64,000 nt of DNA from Verrucomicrobia subdivision 6 bacterium (GTDB taxonomy: Bacteria; Verrucomicrobiota; Verrucomicrobiia; Methylacidiphilales; Verrucolacustridaceae). Position 1 is the first letter of the stretch; every line of letters begins with the position of its first letter. Below the pieces are notes generated by a model. That model had not been told where the DNA came from, did no database searches, and saw only the letters and a program-made list of their open reading frames with translations. Below are positions 19,274-29,331 of the stretch, one piece after another. The translations under genes and the position numbers were made by a program. The stretch spans positions 517 through 64,516 of the forward strand of contig CAMCFB010000002.1 of NCBI GenBank assembly GCA_945874125.1, given 5' to 3'.

Positions 19274-20653
19274 CTACTCGGTCTGCTGGTAGGCCGCTTC
19301 GACTCTTTCGGCAATATCGCGAAATTGACTATCCACTTCGTAGATTTTCTTAAACTCATCCAGTGCTTCCGCTTTTTTGCCCATCTCTTCCAAAATTACG
19401 CCCAAGGAGTAGATGGCGTCCTTTTTTACAATATCCATCCCCACAATTTCAGAGGCGGCCAGGGCATACTGTTTGGCCGCCAAATCCAACATCTTGCGGC
19501 GCTGGTAGGAAAGGCCGAGGAGGTTTAAAGATTTATGCCGAACCGAGGGTTGGCGGAGTGCCTGCTGTAGTTCGGGAACCGCTTCTTTGTAAAAACCATT
19601 ATCGATCAACGCTTCGCCCAGATCGAAACGGTACTGTAGGTCGTTCGGGTAACGTTTCACCCGTTCTCGGGCGCCCTCGAGTATGACCGACTTCTTCCGA
19701 GCGAGTATTTCCTCGCAGATGGAGTCATCCGATCCGGCGGCTTTGGCTTGCTCATATTCCAAGTCAAGCTGGGCGCATTGCAGGCGAAAGACGGATTTTT
19801 CCAGAACAGGGTCGGTCTTCTGCGTCATCTCATGGGCGAACTGAAACCATTGCAAAGCATGATCCAGCGAACCCTGCGTCTCACAAAGTTCCGCGATCTG
19901 CCTGGCGAGGGTCACGTTCTGGGGTTCCTGTTCAAACTGGGCGTGAAGACGGGCCAACTGCTCGGCGACCGCGTCAGCCGATTTCACCACTTTTGAGGCG
20001 GATTCGAGCGCCGCACTTTCGTCCTTATTTTTTAAGGAGTCGCGAAAATCTTCTGACTTCTCCCAACCGCCACTTTGGGTGGCGACCAAGGCGCTGGCGT
20101 CCTTCATTCCTTTGAGGGCGGCCCCGTCGGTGGGAGCGATATCCATAATCGCTTGATAGACATCCCGTGCTTTGGCCATTTGCTTGCAGGCGATGAGCGC
20201 CTTGGCCAAGCCGTGAAGGTTCTGCGTGTCCTGGGGTTTCGCGGCACGGAGCGTTTCAAACGCAAACACGGCGGTTCCGGGAAGATCATTTTCGAGCGCG
20301 ATTTCCCCCAAGGCGGAGTTGGCTTGGGGGCTATGAGGGTCGAGGGTCAGGGCCTCTTCCAGTTTTGCTAGTCCTGCACCTAATGATTTTCCCACGGCCG
20401 ACTTCGCCTGTATGACCGCAGGGGCAATGCGGACGGCGGCCATGTTTTTATCCATTTTGGAGGCGGATTTGGCCTTGGCGATCTGGCTGGCCCGGAGAAT
20501 TTTACGCCCCTCTAAAAGACCCGGATGTGCCTCTAGGACGGGGGGCATCAACATGACGACGTAATCGTGATTCTGGCGGGCCATGGCATCCTTAGCTTTG
20601 CGGAAGGTATCCAAGTGAGACCCAGTCAGTTGGGCAGAGGTAATCTCAGGCAT
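19274..20653 (-). CDS. cytoplasmic TPR-repeat protein
   Basis: Multiple TPR motifs (YPNDLQYRFDLGEAL, AIYSLGVILEEMG). Confidence 0.88.
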   Translation of the reverse strand: MPEITSAQLTGSHLDTFRKAKDAMARQNHDYVVMLMPPVLEAHPGLLEGRKILRASQIAKAKSASKMDKNMAAVRIAPAVIQAKSAVGKSLGAGLAKLEEALTLDPHSPQANSALGEIALENDLPGTAVFAFETLRAAKPQDTQNLHGLAKALIACKQMAKARDVYQAIMDIAPTDGAALKGMKDASALVATQSGGWEKSEDFRDSLKNKDESAALESASKVVKSADAVAEQLARLHAQFEQEPQNVTLARQIAELCETQGSLDHALQWFQFAHEMTQKTDPVLEKSVFRLQCAQLDLEYEQAKAAGSDDSICEEILARKKSVILEGARERVKRYPNDLQYRFDLGEALIDNGFYKEAVPELQQALRQPSVRHKSLNLLGLSYQRRKMLDLAAKQYALAASEIVGMDIVKKDAIYSLGVILEEMGKKAEALDEFKKIYEVDSQFRDIAERVEAAYQQTE

Positions 20654-20750
20654 GGTGGAGAAGAATACCCCAAAAGCACATTTCCCCCAAAGGAAAAGTC
20701 GCTTCTGGTTTTCCTTGCCCTTTCCTTTGCGCTAGGCCAACTGGCTGGAG

Positions 20751-21353
20751 ATGCAGAGGTCTTACTTCTATCTCGGTTTGGCGTTTTTCCTAGGCTCCCT
20801 TCCTTTTGGCTACTGGCTGGCTCTGGCACGAGGGGTTGACCTGCGCCAGCAGGGGAGCGGGAACACGGGGGCCACCAACGTCGGGCGAGTGCTCGGCCAA
20901 AAATGGGGATATCTGGTTTTTGGCCTGGATCTGGGCAAGGGGTGGTTGGCGGTCGCCTTGGCCCAATCGTTGGGAGGATTGTCGGACCGCTGGGTTCTGG
21001 CGGCCGGCGTTGGGGCCGTCTTGGGGCACGTTTTTTCTCCGTGGCTGGGCTTTCGGGGAGGAAAAGGGGTGGCAACTTCGGCGGGAATCTTGGTGGGGCT
21101 GACTCCGTGGATTGCCCTCGGGATGGCGGTTCTCTGGGCAGGTGTATTTCAGATCAGTCGCACCGTATCGGTCGCTTCCTTAAGTGCGGCCACCGCTTTT
21201 CCCGCGCTGGTTTTCTGGTTTCATCCGACGCAGGCTTTGCTCCAGTGGATGTCGCTAGGAATATCGGTCCTCGTTTGGATTCGACACCGCGATAACCTCC
21301 AAAGACTCTTTCAAGGAAAAGAAAACCGATTCAAAAAAGATTCGAGTAAATAA
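20751..21353 (+). CDS. plsY: glycerol-3-phosphate acyltransferase PlsY
   Basis: GSGNTGATNVGR, DLGKG, GHVFS..FRGGKGVAT, RHRDNLQRL. Confidence 0.96.
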   Translation: MQRSYFYLGLAFFLGSLPFGYWLALARGVDLRQQGSGNTGATNVGRVLGQKWGYLVFGLDLGKGWLAVALAQSLGGLSDRWVLAAGVGAVLGHVFSPWLGFRGGKGVATSAGILVGLTPWIALGMAVLWAGVFQISRTVSVASLSAATAFPALVFWFHPTQALLQWMSLGISVLVWIRHRDNLQRLFQGKENRFKKDSSK

Positions 21354-21356
21354 AAG

Positions 21357-22253
21357 ATGAAGCAAACGATTCTTGGAAAAGGGGCTTGGGGTGAGGCCAT
21401 AGGCCAAGCCCTCCAGCGACGGGGGCACACCGTTTTCTGGTTGGACAAGGGAGATATCCAAATTCCGGATCAGACCGACCTTTTGTGGATCGCTCTTCCG
21501 ACGCAAGCGGTTCGAGAGTGCTTAGAAAAAGTCCGTGGCCTGAAACCCGAAGTGCCGGTGGTGAGTCTCTCCAAAGGAATCGAAGTTTCGACCGGCAAAC
21601 GGGTCAGCGAAATTGTCGCCGCATTTTGCCCGAAATCTCCCATGGCGGCCGTCTCGGGGCCCAGCCTCGCCCAGGAAATTACCCAGCAAGTTCCCACCGC
21701 ACTGGTGGCGGCGTCCACGGACGATAACTTCTCGCGCACCGTGCAAAAAGCACTGCACGGTGACGCGTTGCGCGTTTATCGAAGCCCGGATCTGATTGGG
21801 GTGGAGTGGGGTGGCGCCCTGAAAAATGTGTACGCGCTGGCCGCGGGGATGTGTGCCGGCCTCGGGCTGGGGGAAAACAGTCTGGCAGGTTTAACCACTC
21901 GCAGTTTGCGGGAAATGAGCCGTGTCGCCGTTCACTTTGGAGCGCAGGAGGAAACGGTCCAGGGATTGAGCGGGGTGGGGGATCTCATTCTGACGTCTTA
22001 CAGTCGGGCGAGTCGGAATCGAAGAGTCGGGGAGCGAATCGGCGCGGGCGATACCGTGGCCCAAGCCTTGGCCTCGGTAGACGGAGTTTGCGAGGGAATC
22101 CCCACGACCCACGCCCTACATCAGATTTTGCTCTCCCAAAAGATCGATGCGCCCATTGCGGTCGAGCTGTTTCAAGTCCTTCAGGGCAAAAAAACTCCGC
22201 GAGAAGGGCTGTCGGCGCTGTTGGACCGGGGATCGAAGTCGGAAACCGAGTAA
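21357..22253 (+). CDS. gpsA: NAD(P)H-dependent glycerol-3-phosphate dehydrogenase
   Basis: GKGAWG, SKGIE, SGPSLAQE, GALKNVYA, GLSGVGDL..T..SRN. Confidence 0.95.
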   Translation: MKQTILGKGAWGEAIGQALQRRGHTVFWLDKGDIQIPDQTDLLWIALPTQAVRECLEKVRGLKPEVPVVSLSKGIEVSTGKRVSEIVAAFCPKSPMAAVSGPSLAQEITQQVPTALVAASTDDNFSRTVQKALHGDALRVYRSPDLIGVEWGGALKNVYALAAGMCAGLGLGENSLAGLTTRSLREMSRVAVHFGAQEETVQGLSGVGDLILTSYSRASRNRRVGERIGAGDTVAQALASVDGVCEGIPTTHALHQILLSQKIDAPIAVELFQVLQGKKTPREGLSALLDRGSKSETE

Positions 22254-22328
22254 AGGCACATTACTGTTCGACGAGATGGGGTTGGGAGGGAATGATAGAT
22301 ATCCAATGATGTGGCCTAGTTTATCCCC

Positions 22329-23048
22329 ATGGCAAAAAACTCATCGAAAAGGATGCAGCCGATGACCAATCGTCCACTCATTGTGGCGCCATCGATTCTG
22401 GGGGCAGATCTAGGGCGGATTGAGGCCGAGGCCAAGCGTATCCAAGAGAGCGGGGCGGAGTGGGTTCACGTGGACATTATGGACGGTCACTTTGTGCCGA
22501 ATATCTCCTTTGGGGTAAATATGGTCCGAACTCTGCGTCGCCTCATGGGGGAGGCAACGCTCGATGTCCATCTCATGATTGAGCAACCGGACCGATATGC
22601 GAATGAGTTTATCGAGGCAGGGGCGGATTGTCTGAACATTCATCTCGAGGCCCGACACCAGTCCGCCCGCACCCTGGCTTCGATCCGGGAAAAGGGGTGC
22701 CGCACCGGTCTGGCTTTAAATCCAGCGACTCTTTTAAAGCACGCTGTTCCTCTTTTACCTCTATGTGATCAACTTCTCTGCATGACGGTGAATCCCGGCT
22801 TTGGCGGACAACCTTTCTTGTCGGAGGTTTTGCCGAAAATTCGGGAGGCCCGGGAAATTATTCTTCGGCAAAATGTTCAGGTTGATATTTCGGTCGATGG
22901 AGGAATTAATAATGAAACGGCCGCCCAGTGTGTCGCATCCGGGGCCAATATTCTTGTTTCTGGATCTTATCTCTTCTCCCAACCCGACCTAACGAAAGCG
23001 GTTACCGCCATGCGCAGTGCCGCCACGGCAGCCAATGTTTCGGGCTAG
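22329..23048 (+). CDS. rpe: ribulose-phosphate 3-epimerase
   Basis: APSIL, HVDIMDGHFVPNISFG, DVHLM, MTVNPGFGGQ, VDGGI. Confidence 0.96.
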   Translation: MAKNSSKRMQPMTNRPLIVAPSILGADLGRIEAEAKRIQESGAEWVHVDIMDGHFVPNISFGVNMVRTLRRLMGEATLDVHLMIEQPDRYANEFIEAGADCLNIHLEARHQSARTLASIREKGCRTGLALNPATLLKHAVPLLPLCDQLLCMTVNPGFGGQPFLSEVLPKIREAREIILRQNVQVDISVDGGINNETAAQCVASGANILVSGSYLFSQPDLTKAVTAMRSAATAANVSG

Positions 23049-23065
23049 CGTGCTTTTTTCTTTTT

Positions 23066-24868
23066 ATGGACCCTAGCCTGATCCGAAACTTTTGCATTAT
23101 TGCCCACGTGGACCATGGGAAAACCACACTGTCCGATCGGCTTTTGCAAGTCACTGGGCTGATCGCTGAGCGGGATATGCAGGCCCAACTACTCGATTCC
23201 ATGGATCTCGAACGGGAGCGCGGGATCACCATCAAGGCTCACCCTGTGACCTTAAGCTACACGGCGAAAAATGGAAAAACCTATCGTCTCAATCTGATCG
23301 ACACTCCAGGACACGTGGATTTTTCCTATGAAGTTTCTCGCTCCTTGGCTGCTTGTGAGGGTGCGCTGCTGGTGGTGGATGCGGCCCAAGGAGTCGAGGC
23401 CCAGACTGTGGCCAATGTTCATTTGGCGAATAAGGAAGGTCTGACCCTGATTCCGATCATTAATAAGATCGATCTGCCCAGTTCCGATATTCCGGGAGTA
23501 AAAAAGCAGCTGGAGGAGATTCTCAGCATCCCCGGGGAAGAGGCCATCTTGGTCAGCGCGAAGACAGGGCAGGGGATTGAGGACGTACTGGAGGCGATTG
23601 TGGCTCGTCTGCCGGCTCCCGAGGAGGCCGATGGGAAGGAGCTGAAGGCGCTCGTCTTTGATAGCGTGTTCGACACCTTTCGCGGGGTCATTGCTTATGT
23701 CCGAGTCATCTCCGGAGAATTGACTGCGGGCACCCCCATCATGTTAATGCAGAGCGGCCGAAAATATGAGGTGAAGGAGGTGGGAACCTTTTGCCCGAAG
23801 ATGGTCGTTGGGAAAAAATTAGGCCCCGGAGACTCGGGATACCTTGTGGCGAATTTACGAACGACCGCCGAGATCGATATTGGGGACACGATTACCCATG
23901 CCATTTATCCGGCCAAGGAGCCGCTGACCGGATTCCGCAAAGTTCAGCCGATGGTTTTTTCCGGGCTTTATCCGATCAATACGGATGACTTCGAGAAACT
24001 GAAGCTGGCGTTGGGAAAATTGCAGGTGAATGATTCGTCCCTGGTTTTTATTCCGGAAAGCTCGCCCGCCCTCGGGTTTGGTTTTCGCTGTGGGTTTCTC
24101 GGACTCCTGCACATGGAAATTGTGCAGGAGAGGCTGTCTCGCGAATTTGGGATGGAGGTACTTTCGACCTACCCCAGCGTGATCTACGAGGTTCGCCTGA
24201 CGAGCGGGAAAGTTCTCTCGGTCGAAAATCCGGTGCAGCTACCCGACCCGAGCGTGATTGAGGAAATCCGGGAGCCGATGGTGACGGTTTTTCTGCTTTG
24301 TCCGAATGAGAACATCGGGGATCTGGTTTCGATGGTCCGGGAAAAGAGAGGGGAAGTGACCAAGACCGACTCTTTGGATGCCAAGAGGGTCATGTTAACC
24401 ACCCAGATTCCCTTGAGTGAGATCTTGGTCGATTTTAGCGACCGAATCAAAAGCATCACCCGAGGGTATGGGTCGATGGATTACGAGCATGGAGACTATC
24501 GGGCGGATGATTTGGTGAAGTTAGAGATTCTGGTGAATGGAGAACCGATGGACGCTTTTTCCTGTATTGTCCATCGGGAGAAGGCACCGGCCCGAGGTCG
24601 CGCCCTGACGGCGAAGTTGAAAGAGGTGATTCCGCCCCAGCTGTTCAAGGTGTCTTTGCAGGCGGCGATCGGCGGCAAGATCGTCGCCCGAGAGGATGTG
24701 AAAAGTTTTGGCAAGAATGTGACGGCGAAGTGTTATGGCGGAGACATTACGCGGAAGCGAAAACTGCTGGAGAAGCAGAAAGAGGGCAAGAAACGGATGA
24801 AGCAGTTTGGCAAGGTGAACATTCCGCAAGAGGCGTTTCTGCAGGTTTTGAAGGCTTTTGGAGATTAG
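23066..24868 (+). CDS. lepA: elongation factor 4 (LepA)
   Basis: IRNFCIIAHVDHGKTTL, RERGITIKA, DTPGHVDF, CGFLGLLHME, KCYGGDITRKRKLLEKQK. Confidence 0.98.
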   Translation: MDPSLIRNFCIIAHVDHGKTTLSDRLLQVTGLIAERDMQAQLLDSMDLERERGITIKAHPVTLSYTAKNGKTYRLNLIDTPGHVDFSYEVSRSLAACEGALLVVDAAQGVEAQTVANVHLANKEGLTLIPIINKIDLPSSDIPGVKKQLEEILSIPGEEAILVSAKTGQGIEDVLEAIVARLPAPEEADGKELKALVFDSVFDTFRGVIAYVRVISGELTAGTPIMLMQSGRKYEVKEVGTFCPKMVVGKKLGPGDSGYLVANLRTTAEIDIGDTITHAIYPAKEPLTGFRKVQPMVFSGLYPINTDDFEKLKLALGKLQVNDSSLVFIPESSPALGFGFRCGFLGLLHMEIVQERLSREFGMEVLSTYPSVIYEVRLTSGKVLSVENPVQLPDPSVIEEIREPMVTVFLLCPNENIGDLVSMVREKRGEVTKTDSLDAKRVMLTTQIPLSEILVDFSDRIKSITRGYGSMDYEHGDYRADDLVKLEILVNGEPMDAFSCIVHREKAPARGRALTAKLKEVIPPQLFKVSLQAAIGGKIVAREDVKSFGKNVTAKCYGGDITRKRKLLEKQKEGKKRMKQFGKVNIPQEAFLQVLKAFGD

Positions 24869-24872
24869 CGAC

Positions 24873-26009
24873 ATGATTGATTTTCTTTTTTTCGGCAAGG
24901 CGAAGGAGGAGCGGAAACAGCTTCATGCCATCGCCCACTTTTTAGCCAAGAGAGTCCACTACGGGCGGGATGTTTTACCAGAAAAGTTATTGGAACGTCT
25001 CGCGCAGGCGCGGGAACTGTGTGCGGAGGCGCTGCGGATCACCACCCCCGCGCCAAGGCGAACGGAGATCCTTCTGCAATTAGAGAAGAGTTATGCAGAT
25101 CTCCTTCGGACGGAAAGACATCATGGCAGGAAAGAGAATGCGGAGGTGGCTTTGGTCGCGATCGTTTTGGCGCTGGGGGTTCGGGCCTACATTTTGCAGC
25201 CCTTTAAGATTCCCACCCACTCGATGCGGCCGACCCTTCTCGGTATTTTGAATCAGCCGGAAAGTGAGAATCCGCCATCTTGGCCCATAAGGATTTTTCA
25301 TCTGGTGGTGGAGGGCAAGAGTTATCATCAGGCGATCGCACCGAAAGATGGGCAGATCGTTTCCGTGCGGGAGGGGCGACTGTTGGGTTGGGTTCCTTGG
25401 ACGACGACGGAGATCGTCTCGGACCATTGGAAACAGACTCTCATTTCCAGCTTACCGGAGGCAAGGGAAGGGGGGTTGCGGGTGAGGAGTGGGGATCGGG
25501 TGAAAGCGGGAGATGTTTTGGCTAACTTCAGCTCGGCCACGGGAGATCACCTTTTCGTGAACAAATTCATCTATCACTTTCGCAAGCCGACGCGCGCGGA
25601 GACCTTCGTTTTTACGACGGAGAGGATTGACGGGATTGAGTCGGGGTTGCGTCTGCGCGGAATTGAGGGCTCTCAATACTATATTAAACGGTGCGTGGCC
25701 TTGGGCGGCGACACCCTACAGGTCCAACCGCCTGAGCTGTGGATCAATGGTTCGCCGGCAACCGATCCGGCCTGTCAGCTGGTGGCGAGCAAGCGTGATG
25801 GTTATCCCGGATACACCTTCGGCCAAACCTATTTAACCAATCCAAACGATACTTATCGGGTTCCTGGGCGTGATTACTGGGCCATGGGGGATAACAGTCC
25901 GAACAGCTACGATTCCCGCGGTTGGGGGGCCGTTCCAGCCGCTAATTTAGTCGGCCGTGGTGCGGTCGTTTACTGGCCTTTTACGAAGCGTTGGGGCTGG
26001 ATCCATTGA
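24873..26009 (+). CDS. lepB: signal peptidase I
   Basis: IPTHSMRPTL (Ser), YIKRCV (Lys), GDNSPNSYDSRGWG; follows lepA. Confidence 0.93.
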   Translation: MIDFLFFGKAKEERKQLHAIAHFLAKRVHYGRDVLPEKLLERLAQARELCAEALRITTPAPRRTEILLQLEKSYADLLRTERHHGRKENAEVALVAIVLALGVRAYILQPFKIPTHSMRPTLLGILNQPESENPPSWPIRIFHLVVEGKSYHQAIAPKDGQIVSVREGRLLGWVPWTTTEIVSDHWKQTLISSLPEAREGGLRVRSGDRVKAGDVLANFSSATGDHLFVNKFIYHFRKPTRAETFVFTTERIDGIESGLRLRGIEGSQYYIKRCVALGGDTLQVQPPELWINGSPATDPACQLVASKRDGYPGYTFGQTYLTNPNDTYRVPGRDYWAMGDNSPNSYDSRGWGAVPAANLVGRGAVVYWPFTKRWGWIH

Positions 26010-26036
26010 TCTTAGCCTTGCCTCTCTAAGGTTTAT

Positions 26037-26064
26037 TTGTCGCACAATAAATATTGTATCAAAT
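26037..26064 (+). other. putative chromosome dimer resolution site (dif)
   Basis: TTGTCGCACAA-TAAATA-TTGTATCAAAT has the 11-6-11 dif layout; AT-rich gap between convergent genes; GC skew flips here. Confidence 0.7.
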
Positions 26065-26079
26065 ATTGAAAACCGCTCT

Positions 26080-26703
26080 TCAGGATCGTTCTGCCCTGCT
26101 CATCAGGGGCTGAATCATGCGACAGGCTCGGGCACGGTGACTGATCCGATTTTTGATGAATGAGTTCAGTTCGCCAAATGTCTTCGAGAAACCCCGCGGC
26201 TGGAATATGGGATCATAGCCGAAACCGCCCATGCCTTGCTCGATTGCCGTGATTCGACCCCAAACACGGCCGCTGGTCGACCCAATCACTCTTCCGTCCC
26301 GCGCGAGAACCAAAACAGCCTGAAAATAGGCCCGGCGGAGTGATCCCCGCAAGCGAGTCATTAATTTTAAGAGTTTCGCCCGGTTGCTCTCGTTGGTTGC
26401 CTTCGGGCCGGAAAAACGAGCGGATCGAACCCCGGGTCGTTCCCCCAAAGCCGGGACGACCAGACCGCTATCATCGGACAGAATCAACTTGCCCGGCAAT
26501 CGACGACTGACGGCCAGTGCCTTGATCTTAGCGTTGGCCAGAAACGTGGCGCCGGTTTCACGGATCGGCGGAAGTTTTGGTAAAGCGTGGAGATCCTGAA
26601 TTCGCCATCGCTTGGACAAAAGTAGTTTGAATTCACGAGTTTTACCGCGATTGGTCGTCGCCACCCATAACGTGGGCCGAGGAGCGGAAGTTGGACTTGG
26701 CAT
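26080..26703 (-). CDS. rdgB: RdgB/HAM1 non-canonical purine NTP pyrophosphatase
   Basis: ATTNRGK, ETGATFLANAKIKA, DDSGL, PGVRSARF, GFGYDPIF, KNRISHR. Confidence 0.95.
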   Translation of the reverse strand: MPSPTSAPRPTLWVATTNRGKTREFKLLLSKRWRIQDLHALPKLPPIRETGATFLANAKIKALAVSRRLPGKLILSDDSGLVVPALGERPGVRSARFSGPKATNESNRAKLLKLMTRLRGSLRRAYFQAVLVLARDGRVIGSTSGRVWGRITAIEQGMGGFGYDPIFQPRGFSKTFGELNSFIKNRISHRARACRMIQPLMSRAERS

Positions 26704-26725
26704 GTCGGATTGCGTTTAATAACCC

Positions 26726-29200
26726 ATGAACGTTCCTATGCCAACCCGCGCGCCGTATCCTTTCGCCACCCTCGAACCTCGCTGGCAAAAAGCCTGGGCA
26801 GAGGCTGACTGCTTTCGGGCCGCGCAACCCCAGCAACCAGGCTCTGAAAAACCAAAGAAGTATATTTTAGACATGTTCCCCTACCCTTCGGGAGCGGGAC
26901 TGCATGTCGGCCACCTCGAAGGCTATACCGCGACCGATATTGTCGCGCGGTACTGGCGGATGCGGGGGCACAACGTGCTTCATCCGATGGGTTGGGACGC
27001 CTTTGGGCTTCCGGCGGAGCAGCACGCGGTGCAGACAGGCACTCATCCTCGCGTCACCACCGCGAAAAACATTCAGAACTTTCGCCGTCAAATCCAAGCC
27101 ATGGGCTTCAGCTACGACTGGTCGCGGGAAATCGACACCACCGATCCGGCCTATTTTCAATGGACCCAATGGATCTTTCTCAAGCTTTATGAAAAAGGCC
27201 TCGCCTATGTCGCCGAGGCGCCCGTTTGGTACTGCCCTGCTCTCGGCACAGTTCTCGCCAATGAGGAGGTTCTACCGACACCCGAAGGTCCCCGCTCGGA
27301 ACGTGGCCACCATACCGTTGAGCGACGCCCCATGCGACAGTGGATGCTCAAGATCACCGCCTACGCCGAGCGACTCCTCCAAGATCTCGACCTGCTCGAG
27401 TGGCCCGAGTCCTTAAAGGAAATGCAAAGAAACTGGATCGGAAAGAGCGAGGGCGCCGAGGTCGACTTCTCCATCGCTGACTCCTCCCAAAAAATTACCG
27501 TCTACACTACTCGGCCTGACACTCTCTTTGGCGCGACCTATCTGGTCCTAGCCCCCGAACATCCCCTCCTCTCTTCTCTGACGACCCTCGAAAATCGAGC
27601 GACAGTCGAAGCCTATCGCCAGGAAAGCTCCTCGAAATCGGATCTTGAGCGAACCGAGCTAGCTAAGAAAAAAACCGGCGCCCCTTTGGGCTCCTTCGCC
27701 ATGAATCCGGTCAACGGAGAGAAAATTCCCATCTGGGTGGCGGACTACGTCCTCGCCTCGTACGGGACGGGTGCGGTCATGGCGGTTCCCGCGCACGACA
27801 AACGGGACTTTGAATTCGCCCAAGCCTATCATCTGCCGATTCGGTATGTGGTTCGATCAAGCTCGGGCAAGGCGAGCGAGGATGCTTTTATCGACGATGG
27901 GATTAACTTTGCCTCTGGTTTCTTAGATGGTCTGCCCACATCGGAGGCCAAAATCCAAGCAGTCGAGTGGCTGCAAAACAACCGGCATGGCCGGGCCCAA
28001 ACCCGATACAAACTACGGGACTGGCTCTTCTCCCGGCAACGATACTGGGGAGAACCTTTTCCGATCCTCTGGCGCGATGGGAAACCCCATCCCCTTCTTG
28101 AAAAAGATCTCCCTCTCGCCTTGCCGGAGATGGCTGATTATCAGCCTTCCCCCTCCGGAGAGCCGCCCCTTGGAAAAGCAGTCGCTTGGAAAAATCTGCC
28201 CGATGGATCTGTTCGTGAACTGAACACCATGCCGCAATGGGCGGGATCATGCTGGTACTACCTGCGCTTTTGCGACTCCCAAAATACGGCAGCTCCCTTC
28301 GGGCGAGAGGCCGAGAAGTACTGGATGGGAAATGGCGGGGTGGATCTGTATGTCGGTGGAGCCGAACATGCCGTTCTTCACCTGCTTTACGCACGGTTCT
28401 GGCACAAAGTCCTTTTTGACCTAAAGATTGTCTCCCATCCCGAACCGTTCCGTCGCTTGGTGAATCAGGGCATCATTTTGGGTGAAGACAATCGGAAGAT
28501 GTCTAAGTCGGTCGGCAATGTGGTGAATCCGGATGATGTCATTGCCGAACATGGGGCGGATGCGCTGCGGGTCTTCGAGATGTTCATGGGGCCGCTCGAA
28601 CAGATGAAACCGTGGAGCTCAAAGGGAATGGAGGGATCGGTCCGTTTTCTGGCTCGTGTTTGGCGTCTGATTTGTGAAGAGACTGAGACGGGGGATTGGA
28701 TTCTCTCCCCTGCCCTGACCGAGGATGCGCCGGATCCAGAAACCTTGCGCGCCTTGGCCAAGGCGACCGCCAAAGTCACCGCCGATATCGAGGGCTTGCA
28801 AATGAATACGGCCATCTCTGCCCTGATGATTCTCGTGAACCATCTCACCGGGCTCACCCACCGCCCAAAATCTGCCATCCTTCAGCTCAGCCGACTGCTC
28901 GCTCCCTTTGCCCCACACCTCGCGGAGGAAGTCCACCAACGGCTCGGTGGCCAAGGGTTTGTCAGCCTGGCGGAATGGCCCACGGCTCGTCCGGAAGACC
29001 TCATCGAGGACCAAGTGGAACTTCCCGTTCAAGTCAACAGCAGGGTAAAGGGGAAAATTCAAGTATCCCCTCGGGCAACCCAAGAGGAAATCGAGGCGCT
29101 GGTGCGGACTCATACCGATCTATCGCAATGGACAGCAGGCAAAAAGATTCAGAAGCTGATTATCGTTCCGGGCAGAATCGTGAATTGCATCTGCCCATGA
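26726..29200 (+). CDS. leuS: leucyl-tRNA synthetase
   Basis: MFPYPSGAGLHVGH, GWDAFGLPAE, YTTRPDT, SRQRYWG, KMSKS. Confidence 0.98.
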   Translation: MNVPMPTRAPYPFATLEPRWQKAWAEADCFRAAQPQQPGSEKPKKYILDMFPYPSGAGLHVGHLEGYTATDIVARYWRMRGHNVLHPMGWDAFGLPAEQHAVQTGTHPRVTTAKNIQNFRRQIQAMGFSYDWSREIDTTDPAYFQWTQWIFLKLYEKGLAYVAEAPVWYCPALGTVLANEEVLPTPEGPRSERGHHTVERRPMRQWMLKITAYAERLLQDLDLLEWPESLKEMQRNWIGKSEGAEVDFSIADSSQKITVYTTRPDTLFGATYLVLAPEHPLLSSLTTLENRATVEAYRQESSSKSDLERTELAKKKTGAPLGSFAMNPVNGEKIPIWVADYVLASYGTGAVMAVPAHDKRDFEFAQAYHLPIRYVVRSSSGKASEDAFIDDGINFASGFLDGLPTSEAKIQAVEWLQNNRHGRAQTRYKLRDWLFSRQRYWGEPFPILWRDGKPHPLLEKDLPLALPEMADYQPSPSGEPPLGKAVAWKNLPDGSVRELNTMPQWAGSCWYYLRFCDSQNTAAPFGREAEKYWMGNGGVDLYVGGAEHAVLHLLYARFWHKVLFDLKIVSHPEPFRRLVNQGIILGEDNRKMSKSVGNVVNPDDVIAEHGADALRVFEMFMGPLEQMKPWSSKGMEGSVRFLARVWRLICEETETGDWILSPALTEDAPDPETLRALAKATAKVTADIEGLQMNTAISALMILVNHLTGLTHRPKSAILQLSRLLAPFAPHLAEEVHQRLGGQGFVSLAEWPTARPEDLIEDQVELPVQVNSRVKGKIQVSPRATQEEIEALVRTHTDLSQWTAGKKIQKLIIVPGRIVNCICP

Positions 29201-29292
29201 TGGGATGGACCTTGCGTCGTCGTGAGCGAAAAGTGATTCTACTGACGGGATTCACTCTTCTTCTTTACAGCATTTGGCGTCACTGGGCGTAA
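29197..29292 (+). CDS. putative 31-aa membrane peptide
   Basis: MMGWTLRRRERKVILLTGFTLLLYSIWRHWA; ATG overlaps the leuS TGA (ATGA). Confidence 0.45.
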   Translation: MMGWTLRRRERKVILLTGFTLLLYSIWRHWA

Positions 29293-29331
29293 CCCATAGA
29301 CAAACCAGCGCAATTCGATCATAATTTTAAT

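Noticed and set aside
18812-19353. Short ORFs over rnpB
   Set aside because: Explained by the RNase P RNA.
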